NCBI RefSeq assembly: GCF_006345805.1
Contig: NC_043004.1
Location: forward strand, 87,482,001-87,546,000
Origin: Octopus sinensis
Taxonomy: Eukaryota
Direction: 5' to 3'
Length of the DNA: 64,000 nucleotides
In this document: piece by piece, positions 13,759 through 25,882 of the stretch
How the letters are laid out: each line of letters begins with the position of its first letter
How positions within the stretch are numbered: the first letter of the stretch is position 1
Notes under the pieces: generated by a model
Seen by the model: only the letters and a program-made list of their open reading frames with translations
What the model was told of the DNA's origin: nothing
Database searches by the model: none
Position numbers and translations under genes: made by a program

Positions 13759-13998
13759 AATTAATGAATGACAAAAGAACAGATGTTGGACAAGCACTCG
13801 GCTTTGAGTGTAATGATTCTAAAAGCAGAAACAGCTGTAAGTTAAAGAAGGTGGTTACATAATTCCTGTACTTTTTTCATCCGTTAATTGATATTTAGAG
13901 TAAAACATCTGGGGATGCTTTACTATAAGATCATGTGTACACTGAGTTTTAACAACTGGTTATTAGTATTGCTATGCCTATGGAAAATCATATATATA

Positions 13999-14192
13999 TC
14001 ATCGTCATCATCATCGTTTAACGTCCGTTTTTCCCTGCTAGCATGTATTGGATGGTTCGACTGGGGTCTTGGAAGCCAGGAGGCTGCACCAGGCTCCAGT
14101 CTGATCTGGCAGTGTTTCTACAGCTGGATGCCCTCCCTAACGCCAACCACTCCGTGAGTATAGTGGGTGCTTTTTACGTACCACTGGCACAG
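13999..14192 (-). mobile_element. RTE-tail non-autonomous fragment, close copy of 292-480
   Basis: Shares GCACCAGGCTCC.GTCTGATCTGGCAGTGTTTCTACAGCTGGATGCCCT with 373-421 and has the (CAT)n tail. Confidence 0.85.
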
Positions 14193-14272
14193 GTATATAT
14201 ATATTTCACGAGATTGATGTTTGTAAAAGGCGGTGTTCCAGTATGGCCGCAGTCAAATGACTGAAACAAGTA

Positions 14273-15119
<847 letters not shown>

Positions 15120-15120
15120 C

Positions 15121-15407
15121 AGCAAAGACAATTAAGATTCAAGTGAATTCCAATGAATTCAAATGAATATGGTACTTAACTTAGATGCACCAGAATTCTT
15201 TATGGTATTAACCATAAAATAATGTGGGGTGATTATAACCAAGAAAAAAGCAAACTCTCTAGGACGTCTGGAAAACAAATATGTGATTTAGCTGATGAAT
15301 ACTGGACATTTGTATTTGCTGCAATATTTGCAGCTTTAAATAAAATTGTTCTTAGTATGAAACAATTGTATTAAACTACTAATCCATTCTTGTTGCTTTT
15401 TTCTTGG

Positions 15408-15412
<5 letters not shown>
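15121..15412. mobile_element. Non-coding Penelope-type pseudo-LTR remnant with an inverted segment, inserted in TA microsatellite
   Basis: Perfect 20-bp inverted repeat TATAACCAAGAAAAAAGCAA (15234-15253) / TTGCTTTTTTCTTGGTTATA (15393-15412) brackets the hammerhead. (TA)n lies on both sides. Confidence 0.65.
15283..15379 (+). ncRNA. Type I hammerhead ribozyme of PLE/retrozyme style (putative)
   Basis: Core CTGATGA 15292-15298. Stem II ATACT/AGTAT (15299-15303/15354-15358) closes a long hairpin with apical GCTGCAA-tat-TTGCAGC. GAAA 15359-15362. Stem III is the palindrome ACAATTGT. Cleavage triplet GTA 15368-15370. Stem I GTGATTTAG/TTAAACTAC pairs at 8 of 9 positions including two G-U. Confidence 0.8.
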
Positions 15413-15480
<68 letters not shown>

Positions 15481-15575
15481 TGTATGTATGTATACACACA
15501 TACATACACCACCAGGGCAAAGAAATGTATTATAGTCATGCTATTTATTCTCTTTAGTTTTGGGCCACAAACCCA

Positions 15576-15643
15576 ATTAACCCTCCACTGGAGCTAGCTA
15601 TATATACGGAATTAGCCCTCTGTAGGAGCTAGCTATATATACG
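15576..15643. repeat. Two-copy 34-bp tandem repeat
   Basis: AATTAACCCTCCACTGGAGCTAGCTATATATACG followed by AATTAGCCCTCTGTAGGAGCTAGCTATATATACG. Confidence 0.85.
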
Positions 15644-15663
15644 CAAAATAATTGTAATATTGT

Positions 15664-15870
15664 TTTCAAATTTTGGCACAAGGCTAGCAGTTTTGGGGGA
15701 GGAGTGAAGTCAATTAAATCAACCCCAGTGTTCAAATACTACTTATTTTATCAACTCCAAAAGGATGAAAGGCAAAGTTGACCCTGGAGGAATTAAAACT
15801 CAGAATGTAAAGATAGATGAAATGCCACTAAGCATTTTGACTGATGTGCTAATGATTATGCCACCTTGCA
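15664..15870 (-). mobile_element. SINE type C (CORE-like), older subfamily
   Basis: Contains AAAGGATGAAAGGCAAAGTTGACC and tail TTTCAAATTTTGGCACAAGGC. Flanked by the direct repeat TTGTAATATTGT (15652-15663, 15876-15887). Further copies at ~3855-3940(+), 32885-33080(-), 33690-33880(+) and 49350-49510(+). Confidence 0.85.
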
Positions 15871-18689
15871 AATGGTTGTAATATTGTCAGCAGGATTGGA
15901 ACATTGTGTCTGCTGTAAACTCTTTAGTCATGCCAATTACTACACCAAGTGACATTACAACACTTGACAAGCCAAATTAGTAGATTTCAAGTGGCTATGA
16001 TGGCAATACTAGTCACCTGTCAATGAGGATCCCTGTCAAGACAGTATCAAAGTACTGTGCTTTATATATATATATATATATTTAATACAAAGGAAAATGG
16101 AAAGAAGTTTTGTGTATGTTTATCAGATTAAATAAAATATGTTTTTCTGTCTGGTTACATTGATTAGTGTAAATATTTATGAACAATGGTGAAATTATAT
16201 TTTGGTTGCTGATAGTGTAATCTATGGATACCAACAAAAACATTCGGGTTTACATAATGATAAAATTAGTTTAAAAGAAATTATTACATATGCAAAATGG
16301 GAGATTACAGGGTGAAAGAGAATTTAATAATGAAATAAAATGCTTTTCACAGAAGAATTGGAATATCTTTTCATAACTGCTCACAATTTCATTTCAATCT
16401 TAACTATTAAATTTGTGTTCTATTTTAATGAGAGAGAATAATAGTTCCATTCTAATTTAACTTCCATTCTTAAAATTGTTCTTTCATCTGAAATGGCAGA
16501 CATCCAATACTTCTAATAATAGACTTTTGATTTCAAATAAATCCTTCATAACTCTATATTGATCTGCCCGTATTTGTTACATGATTGAATTTATCTTAAC
16601 AAACAAGCCTCCTTTTAAATTAATTATCACAAGAAATATAGCCGTGAATGAAATTATGTATTTAGCAAAATGGGGTCATTTGAATGTTATCAGACAGAGC
16701 CAAACTCAAAACTATCAAGAAACTTAGTAATATGGAACATACGTTGATATATGTGCCAAGTAATATCTAAGCGATATAACTTGTAAAATCCATGCAAACA
16801 TTTCCAAGACAATATGACATATTTTCATAAATCTATATTATAAAGAGCTATATTTCGCTGTCTGACTGTCACATGCTATCCTCAGATCAAGATGATTTTC
16901 AAGTAATTTATTTGGAGATACAAAACAAAAAGTGACCATATCTAATTTATTCACTGAATTCACAAATGTGATGCAAGGAAAAAATTAAGGTTGTGTTTTA
17001 TTTTGGACAAAGTTTATTTTTTCTTCACATGTTTTAGAAAAAGGAATATTTCATACATATATTACAATAGACTGAGTGATGAAAAGAAAAATATAAAGAC
17101 AGAAAGAAAAAGAAAGGCAATAAAAATAGTGACAGATTTACTAAAACCTTCAACCAGTAAAAGCTAATTCTGCTGTAAGCCTAAATCTATTTTGATATAC
17201 AGAATGCAATTTCGTCTACCACTTGAAAAAGAGCCTTTAAATAATAAGGGACAAATTAAAAAAGATGAGTTAGGTGCATTTTCTCTCAGAAAAAATACAG
17301 CAAATTATAAGTGCAGCTTTCTATTGCATAAGCTTTTGGAAAAATGTTTGATACTTTATGATTTATAAATATCTCTTCAATAATTATAATCAAAACGATG
17401 CATACAATTTACCAAGTTATCTATGCATCCTCTTACTAAGAGGATGCATAGATATAAAATTATATAGGCTTAGCTAGCTAACACATTTGTAAACCTAATA
17501 AAAACAAGGATATTAGTTTCTAACTCTAAGAAATAAATAAGGGAAAACTATCTCTTTATCAGAATTTTTTTTTAATCAATACATTTTCTATATGAAGATT
17601 CATGTCGAAATGATATCTAACTTGACATTAAAGAAGACCTTTCACACACAATATGACTAATTGATTTCTACCAGATTATTATAGAATTAAAAAAAAAAAA
17701 GAAGAAAAATGTTGTTTATAAATTCAACAATGAAACTAAACTATAACAATAGTTGCAAGTTATTAATTTGATAATTATTTTTTATGAAGGTAAAAAAAAA
17801 AGAAATCTGAATGCAATTTTCAAAATAAAGCTTACAAAATGCATTTTATCAACAATATATTTAAAAAAGAAAACAAAACAAAAACCCAAACAAAAACATA
17901 AAATTTTGGATTAAAATAATTTGCTTCATCAATATTGGTTGCAGCCTACAACTTCATTGTTAGATGAAATACAGGGATTATGAAATTGCTAACAATTAAA
18001 TTTAAAATGGCATAAGAATTATAAAGCCAACAATATTAAAATCTATAGATTATATACACTACTTAAAGAACAATGACATTGTATAGAAACAAATAAAGTT
18101 GTCCCACATCTTGACATTTTGATTTTTGTAGAGAAACCAATTGAATACAAGTTCACAATGAAATCCATTTCCTTTGAATTTTTAATATTGATTTCTAATC
18201 TTATTGATATTTATAGTAATATTTGTAGCTATAATTGATGTTTTACACAAAAATGTCAGCATAGTCTGCAAGAAAATACTAAACAGTCATGACTGCTAAA
18301 GTAATTTTTCTTTTCAGTTTGACCAAAGTAGAATTTTATTCCAATGAATGGTTCAGATCAAATTAGACTGTCAATGAATGGTTTAGTTAGAATAACAGAT
18401 TATCAATTGTCGTATTTCGATAATTATTTCTCTTAGCAACAAGAACGATTTTCATTACGTTTGAAAGGATGAATTATTAAGTGGACTTAATATTTATGGA
18501 GGAATTTGAATGCAGAACCATAAATCTAATGTAAAAAAAACATTGGCATATCATCATGCACTTACCAACTTCTCAGCCCAGTTGGATCTCTATCTGTTCA
18601 ATGATAACTATCTTTGACAATACAAATATTTCATACACATACACACACATATATATATGACAGTAAAAGTACTGATCCATCAAAGATGG

Positions 18690-20560
18690 CTATTATCTTA
18701 GGCATGTCCTTATATCCTGCATACACTTCAAATTCCATGAGTGGTTCTCTCATAGCTGTGCTGTAGTAGTTTAGACAAAGAACATGGCCTACAATGCTTG
18801 TAGAAAATCATCCAATCTTTATACCTAGCCCCACAACTCCTGCATGACAATCATTGCTGTAGGAGCTGTGGAGCTAGGTAAAAGATGCTGCCATGTATTA
18901 CACAGCCACAAGCACCCCTACATTCCAAACTTCACCAGACCTTTTTTTGGTCCCTTACAAAAAGATCTCTTCTAACTTTATGGAATCCTCCTTCATTCTA
19001 CTTTTCAATCATGATGGTCCTGTAAGCAGTACTCCTTTGGGCATAGTCTTCACATTCCTTTTATTCAAGTCTGCACTGCACACATTATATAAAACTCTTT
19101 CAAAACTATCCCTTTGTACTCTCTGAAGCCCACTTTCATGTACACATACACAGGAAGTGCAAAAACAGCTGTGGTTGTTTCAGACTGACATGATTGTCAA
19201 CCCTAATAATGTCCCTTCTATTACCCTCATATAATGTCCCTTCTATTACCCTCATATAATGTGACCCTGTGCTAGTCTCTATTACTGCCAAACATTTCAA
19301 CCTCTCTTTTTCTTTCTGTAGGAATTTATCCTGATCTTTGAAGATATGCTACAGTATATCCCATTCCCAAGAATGGGATATACTTCTGATTCTTCCACCA
19401 ACCATCCTATTACTCTCATTTCCAACACCTCAAATGTGATAGAGTTAGTTATTAACAACCACCTTCTACAACATCAAAAACTATCTTTCTCTTTAACAAC
19501 CAACAGCATACTTTTTGTAAAGTCAGACCAACTCTGCTGTCACTCAGTAGTAGATCCTTCTTATGAGAAATCTGGCAAAAACAATTGTTGCACTTTGCAT
19601 CAGTAAAATATTCAACATGTCTGGCTTGCTAATTTAGCAAAACTGCATGCTGTTGGTCACCATTCATAATTTTTCTCTTAGATCAGAAGCTTTTTGTAAG
19701 ATTGTACTGTTGCATAAAGTGCTGATAAAATTCTCTCTGACTCATGCTATCAACTCTAGTGTGCTGGAAAGTTTAGTTTTCTATCTGCACTCCTGTGCAT
19801 CAATTACATACCTGCTGTCACCTCCAACAATGCTCACTGCAACAGATTACATCAGTCTGTATTTATACCTAGTCTTTGGTAGCTAAGTATCACCCACATA
19901 CAAGCAACACACCTAACACCAAACACATGCACTGATTCCAAAGGCAAGACCATGTAAACCTGCTCATATGAGGTTGTGCCAAGTTCATTACTTCAACAAC
20001 ATCATCACTATCATTTAACATCCATATTCCATGATGGCATCGATTGGATGGTTTGAGAGAATTCAATGGGTCCATGGACTGCATCATGCTCCAGTGTCTG
20101 TTTTGGGCATGGATTTTACAGTTGCAAGTTGTTCCTAATACCAACCACTTTACAACATGACTGCATGCTTTTTTTTGTGTCACTAGCACTAGTGAGGCTG
20201 TTATGCAGTTTGCAAGACTATGAACGCTGGCGGGGTGGGGGGACTAAATACCAGGGGATGAGAGGAAAAAATGGGTTAAAATAATAGAGAAAGGGCCAGG
20301 GTGGAATGGGTTTCTTTTTGATCTACAGTGGCCTCTTCCCCCATGCTGTTGAAGTAACAGCCTGCTGTTACTTCATGCTGTTATTGCAATAACTCAGTGT
20401 GTCAAATCCAGCCTTTGATTTTAACCTCAAAGTAGCTTTGTGATTTCAATATCAAGCAGAATGGATTGAACAACTATAGTTAATTCAGTCCTTTCTCTAA
20501 CACATGGCAGCCACTGCACATTGAGTGTGATACTTTTCACAGCTCAAACAGCAAATACAA
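18690..20560 (+). mobile_element. Heavily decayed non-LTR retrotransposon ORF2 (CR1/L2/Jockey-like RT), interrupted by an RTE-tail element at ~19995-20200
   Basis: SDSSTNHPITLISNTSNVIELVINNHLLQH (cf. SDPSNYRPISLLS..SKV.E..IN..L), ALCISKIFN (cf. ALDISKAFD) and HAINSSVLESLV (cf. INSGVPQGSVL) occur in the expected order. The outer boundaries are uncertain. Confidence 0.7.
19207..19261. repeat. 25-bp tandem duplication
   Basis: ATAATGTCCCTTCTATTACCCTCAT occurs twice, followed by a partial third unit. Confidence 0.85.
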
Positions 20561-21534
20561 ACAATTTTCTTGCACATGTCTTAATTGGATTGTTCTCAAA
20601 TATATATTCTATATTTGACAGATATCCAATTCCAATTAACTTGCAGTATAAAACCAGAAGAGATTTTAGACAAGATATAAAAGAATACAATAGATTAGTA
20701 GATACCGTATTCACTACTGATCACTTGATTTCTATAGCCAAAACCTTTTGGGTAGAATCTCTTCGCTAATCTGGTACATTGTGTCTCAATGATGAATAAT
20801 TAACCACTGAAAATGATTCTATCCTCCATATAATTTAGATTCATCATAAAAATCTGTATTAAACTTGATGACAAAACAAATAGCTTGAATATATTTAAAG
20901 CCTGTTGGATTTCAGCTGGCTCTCTCACTGCTTACTTCACATCAAAACATAATGTTAATAGTCAGCATGAATAATTGCAAAACAGTGATACTCAAAGTTG
21001 ATGTGCAATTTTCTTGTACTATCTGTAAGCTATCTAGAGTATATAAAAGGAAAAGAAAAAAAGAAATATATTCAAACAATGTGAATTAAGAGAATTGAAA
21101 GCTAATTAAAGCTCAAGTCGGATGAGGAAATACTATGAGGAAATCCTATGCAGACATATACCACAGGACATATACTTAACAAGGGCCTGATCTAAATTTA
21201 TATGTATACTGGAGGAGAATCTGAACTAAAGGCAGTTGAAAGCTAGAAAATGAAACTTCCTGTCTTAACTGAGAAATCCGAAGGCACATGCTATTAATCA
21301 AAATTACAGAGCTTGAGAGATAAAAATCAACATAATTTAAACAAAATTAGTCTTAATAAGAAAACAACTAAATCAGCATTACACCATCCAGTTGTGTAAA
21401 TTTAAACCAAATTGTCTATGAATTTGGGATTGTTACAATTTGTTTTCTTTTCATTTTGCTGCACTTAGTAACCTGTTGTTAAAAGATAATATATGACAAA
21501 AAAAGAAAAGATTTTCACTGTAAAGTATACTGAC

Positions 21535-21619
21535 CTTTACTGCTATATCTCGACAAAGCTGTGTGCTATCATTATGGACACTGATATAGCTGGAGAATGT
21601 TTCACCAAGGAAGATATTA
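21535..21619 (-). CDS. TRAPPC13: TRAPPC13 internal coding exon, next after 35973-36141, 85 nt
   Basis: Translates as (G)[28 protein letters not shown], matching the conserved TRAPPC13 motif [17 protein letters not shown]. Acceptor ttcactttcAG|T supplies the third base of the Gly codon GG+T left by the upstream exon. Donor AAG|GTCAGT (phase 0). Confidence 0.97.
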
Positions 21620-21816
21620 CTGAAAGTGAATACAGTAAACACATAAATGGTTTGAATCAAAATATTTGAACATTTATATTAAAAAAACATCTTGTTTGTT
21701 TGGAAAGAATTGTTAATCTAGCTTCATGGAATTTTTTTATGCAATGTTGTAAGAACAGAACAAATTGCTAATCTTAGATAGGTGTAAAGTAGGCTCAAAT
21801 CAGAAATATAGTTAAT

Positions 21817-22233
21817 CTATTTCTTTACTACCCACAAGAGGCTAAACACAGAGAGGACAAACAAGGACAGACAAACGGATTAAGTCAATTATATCGACCC
21901 CAGTGCGTAACTGGTACTTATTTAATCGACCCCGAAAGGATGAAAGGCAAAGTCGACCTCGGCGGAATTTGAACTCAGAACGTAGCGACAGACGAAATAC
22001 CTATTTCTTTACTACCCACAAGGGGCTAAACACAGAGAGGACAAACAAGGACGGACAAACGGATTAAGTCGATTATATCGACCCCAGTGCGTAACTGGTA
22101 CTTATTTAATCGACCTCGAAAGGATGAAAGGCAAAGTCGACCTCGGCGGAATTTGAACTCAGAACGTAACAGCAGACGAAATACGGTTACGCATTTCGCC
22201 CGGTGTGCTAACGTTTCTGCCAGCTTGCCGCCT
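21817..22233 (-). mobile_element. Young SINE type C with a tandemly duplicated 184-bp body and tail
   Basis: Minus-strand head GGCGGCAAGCTGGCAGAAACGTTAGC...GAGTTCAAATTCC and core GCCTTTCATCCTTTCG.GGTCGATTAAATAAGTACCAG. Units 21817-22000 and 22001-22184 are nearly identical. Target-site duplication GTTAATCT (21811-21818, 22236-22243). CpG-rich. Confidence 0.93.
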
Positions 22234-22934
22234 TTGTTAATCTGCTAGAATTCTTTAAAGTCAGACACTGAAGTTAAAATGGTATGAATAAATAACAGAA
22301 TTGGTTCATAGATTCAACTCAGCAAAAACGGAATGGTTGTAAGACTGAAAAAATAGAAGTGAAACTAAATACTTTGCAGTATTTGGTTCCAACTTTCAAC
22401 ATTCTAAGTTCAAATCCCAGAGATTTGTCTTTCAACTCTTTGTGACAATAATATAAAAAAAAAATACCAGAAATATTGTTTGGTTGTTTCTCTGCAAAAG
22501 ATTGCCCCAAAGAGGATAAACAGGTAAAATATTAATTTAATAAAATTAGAAATTAGATTAGAAATGTAATGATAAGCTCAGTCTGAACAAAGACAGTACG
22601 TTCTGTATGTAGAAAATTTTATGGAATAATTCCAAATTAACACCAGAAAATAAACAGAAAATGATTTTTTTAATAAAATGATATAATTTCAATGACAATT
22701 TTAAAATAGTAAATTTAGTGGGAACAAAGAGTTTTGCTAAATCTGTGTAAAAGAATGATATTGGAGAATATCATTATTCTGTCACCATCTTTTTTATGGA
22801 ATTACAACAATCCAATAATCTTAAAATCAAAAGGTGCAAATAATGTTTATGAAGAGGATTTTATGAAAAGAAAAAGCTTTATTATTTTTTTTTAATAATA
22901 TAACTGAAATGATATTTGTATAGTTTAGTTTTGC

Positions 22935-23355
22935 TGCGTGTTAGTGGGCTGTGGGCCTTACATGCAGAGGATTTATAAAGACTAGAAAGAAATAAAGTGA
23001 GTATGCTTCACTGGATGTGTAAATATTAGTGTGCATGAACAACAGAGTACAAACAAGCCAAGAGAAAAACTGAATTTAAAAGGAATGAAATAGAGTGTGC
23101 AAGAGAAAACACTATGTTGATATGGGCATGTGACGCATATAGTGGTTGACAGCTGTATAAAGAAGTGCAGGTCACCTAAAGTGGATGGAACTAGTGGAAA
23201 ATGGATGAAGTGGTGAAGGCTGATCTTAGGACCCTGAATCTTGCAGAAATGACAAAAAAAACCAAGGTGCCTATCAATATGCAGTGCTGGAGATCTTCCC
23301 ACCTATGCAAGCATAGCAAAATGAATGTTAAAAATAGTAGTAGTGATAGAAGATG
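22935..23355 (+). mobile_element. RTE-clade LINE 3' end, decayed
   Basis: MLHWMC..SVHEQQST..REKLNLKG...VQEKTLC*YGHV...DSCIKKCRS..V.GT...WDEVVKADLRTLNL, homologous to 57371-57616, followed by the ...GCAAGCAT..AAAATGAATGTTAAA tail. Confidence 0.85.
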
Positions 23356-23359
23356 GTGA

Positions 23360-23760
23360 TTGCGTGGTATGAAGTTTGCTTCACAACCCTATGGTTTTGA
23401 GTTCAGTCCTATTGCATAGTACCTTGGGCAGGTGTCTTCTACTATAACCCCAGGCTGACCAAAGCCTTGCGAGTGAATTTGATAGATGGAGACAAGAAAA
23501 TGCTGTGTGTGTGAGTGTGTGTCACTGTCTCCTTGTCTTGATATTGTATGACAGTCATAAGAAAGTGACACCATCATGCAAGTGGTACCCTTTGTTTCCA
23601 ATCTTCTGTGAAAATATGTTTAGTCATACAAAAACATTTTCTTACTCGGAAACAGGTGAGGGTTGGCAACAGGAAGGGCATCAAACTAGAAAATCTGCCA
23701 CAACAAATTCTATTCAACCCATGTGAGCAAGGAAAAGAAAATGTTAAAATGAGAATGGTG
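23360..23760 (+). mobile_element. SINE type B (type A head with an RTE-related body and tail)
   Basis: Head shared with type A. After the (TG) linker the body is CCTTGTCTTGA...GGAAACAGGTGAGGGTTGGCAACAGGAAGGGCATC...ACCCATG..AGCA.GGAAAA...TGTTAAAATGA. Other copies at 31915-32345(+), 35047-35433(+), 47514-47910(-) and 51053-51888(-). Confidence 0.85.
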
Positions 23761-24672
23761 CTGAATTACATTCTGGTCTCTTGCTCAATATACTTCTGTA
23801 AAGTCCACAACAGCAGTTTACTCTGCCTCCTTGATTCTTCCATCTCTCTATCACTAATCTCCTCTATGCTCTCTCTTCTATTCATGTACAATCTTACTGC
23901 TGTAATAATAATAAGTCTCTCCTAATTATAGTATCATGCTGCTTATGTAACAAGGGATGGTATTGGACATGCTTGCATTCCATCTTCCTACCATCATCCT
24001 TATCACCCTGTTTCTTGTCCATCACAAAGCCTATGTGTAAAGGATTGTACCAGAAATGTTTGTACCCAACACTCATTATCATCACCCTTTCTATACTGCT
24101 AATCATTACTCCCTCTCCCCAAGATATTTGCTATCGACTTCCTCTGTCTACCATAATTACTACCCATCACTCTTTTTTCCTTCTACCACCCTCTCATCTC
24201 AATCACTGTTTCTACCATCATACTTTTGTTCCCTTCACCCTCCTATTCTGGTTCTTCTGTCAGCAGTCTCTCTGCTGTTCATCTTCTTGGTCATATTGCC
24301 TTGAGTGAACACATAGAGTAGCAAGAACATTTTTGTCTTACAAGGTAAAAACCAACTTCACTAGAGCTGGTGCCAAAATAAAATGCACCCAGTACACTCA
24401 GTATGCATTGTAGAGTGGTTGATGATAGGAAGAGCAGCATCCAACCATAGTGAGTGAGACATGATCCTCTGGGAGAGTAGCAACTCTGAGTGAGAACTCA
24501 GACAATAATGAGCCATCCCATCCATACCAGCACAGAAAGTGAACATTAAACAACGATAATGAAGAATGCGACAGCAAAAATATAGAATAATGTAATAACA
24601 TAAACTATTACTTAAACTATGAGCTGCTTTTTGATTTATGTAGGATTCTTGAATATAACTATGGAATGGAAT

Positions 24673-25020
24673 CTTTTATCTCTTGTTTCAGTCATTGGAT
24701 TGTGGCCATGCTGGGGCACCACCTTCTAGGGTTTAGGGAACAAATTGATCTCAGTACTTATTTTTAAGTCTCTTACTTATTCTATCAATCTCTTTTGGCA
24801 ACTTCTAAGTTATGGGGATGTAAACAAACTTACACTGATTGCTAAGTGGTGGTGAGGACAAACACAGACACACGCACATATATATGATGGGCTTCCACAC
24901 AGTTTTCATTGATCAAATTCACTAACAAGGCATTGGTTGGCCTGGGGCTACAATACGAGACACTTATTTGAGGTGCCACACAGTGGGACTGAACCCAAAT
25001 CCACGTGGTTGCAAAGCAAA
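24673..25020 (-). mobile_element. SINE type A, diverged
   Basis: Matches the reverse complement of the type A consensus from tail to head. Confidence 0.85.
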
Positions 25021-25760
25021 TATGACTAGATGTTAATGTATGGAACAGATATGTTATATATTTGGTTTATGCTAAACACAGCAGCATTGTCTTCCTTGGA
25101 GTACACTATGAAAATGGAGCACATGAAGCACTTTGAAATAAAAGTGAATCATTCATAGCTGATAGTTTTTGCTTTGCAAAGCAGGACTTAAGATAAAAGC
25201 GTTAAGTTTATTTAAAAATTTACCTTTTGCAAAGCTGATGTTTGTTTTGCACAGCAAAATTGAATGCAATGAGTTTATTTCCTATGAGTGAACAATTTCA
25301 ATGAACCAAATACAAACACAGCATGTGCACACACATGCTTATTGATGTGTGTGTGTGTGTTTTGTCAGGATTAAGATAATGAATTGTAATAGCTGATTTG
25401 TTATCCAGTATGTAACCTAATTAGTGTTGGAAGGAGACACCTTTTAACTGATGTCATGTGAAGTAGAAAAGAAAAACGTCCATTTTATTTAAAAAAAAAA
25501 GCAAAAAAAAAAGACACAGAATAAAAAGCAAAACAGAAAAATTCTCAATATTTAGGAAAGAACAATTGCATGAGTCAAGAATCATGTATTTGATGCTATA
25601 ATATATCATCTTACCATAGTGAAATTATACAACAAAAGACTTGTTAAGGCTGAAGTGGAATCAGATTACTATAATCTGCAGGATGTGCAATGTAAATCTG
25701 AAGGATTGACTGAGTTTAGTCAAGCTTAGAAAGCAGCTAAAAACCAGAGAGGCATCAGGT

Positions 25761-25882
25761 GAAGAGAGAGAGGGGGGAGAGAGAAGGGGAGGAGAGAGAA
25801 GGGGAGAGAGAGAGGGGAGAGAGAAAGAGAGAGAGAGGGGGGAGAGAGAGAGGGGAGAGAGAGAGGGAGAGAGAGAGAGAGA
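25761..25882 (+). repeat. Polypurine GA/G-run tract
   Basis: About 120 nt containing only A and G, with repeated G4-G6 runs. Confidence 0.95.

Noticed and set aside
16018-16060. TCAATGAG-GAT..CTGTC/GACAG..ATC-AAAGTACT, a possible decayed hammerhead next to (TA)n
   Set aside because: Both core halves are mutated and no stem I is evident; too weak without family copies.
16831-16880. Helitron-like 5' end (TCTATATTATAAAGAG...TGTCTGACTGTC)
   Set aside because: No 3' hairpin/CTAG end or second copy was found.
21817-22184. Tandem repeats here and at 51285-51758 as a CRISPR-like array
   Set aside because: No unique spacers, eukaryotic context, and both are explained by SINE duplication or minisatellite expansion.
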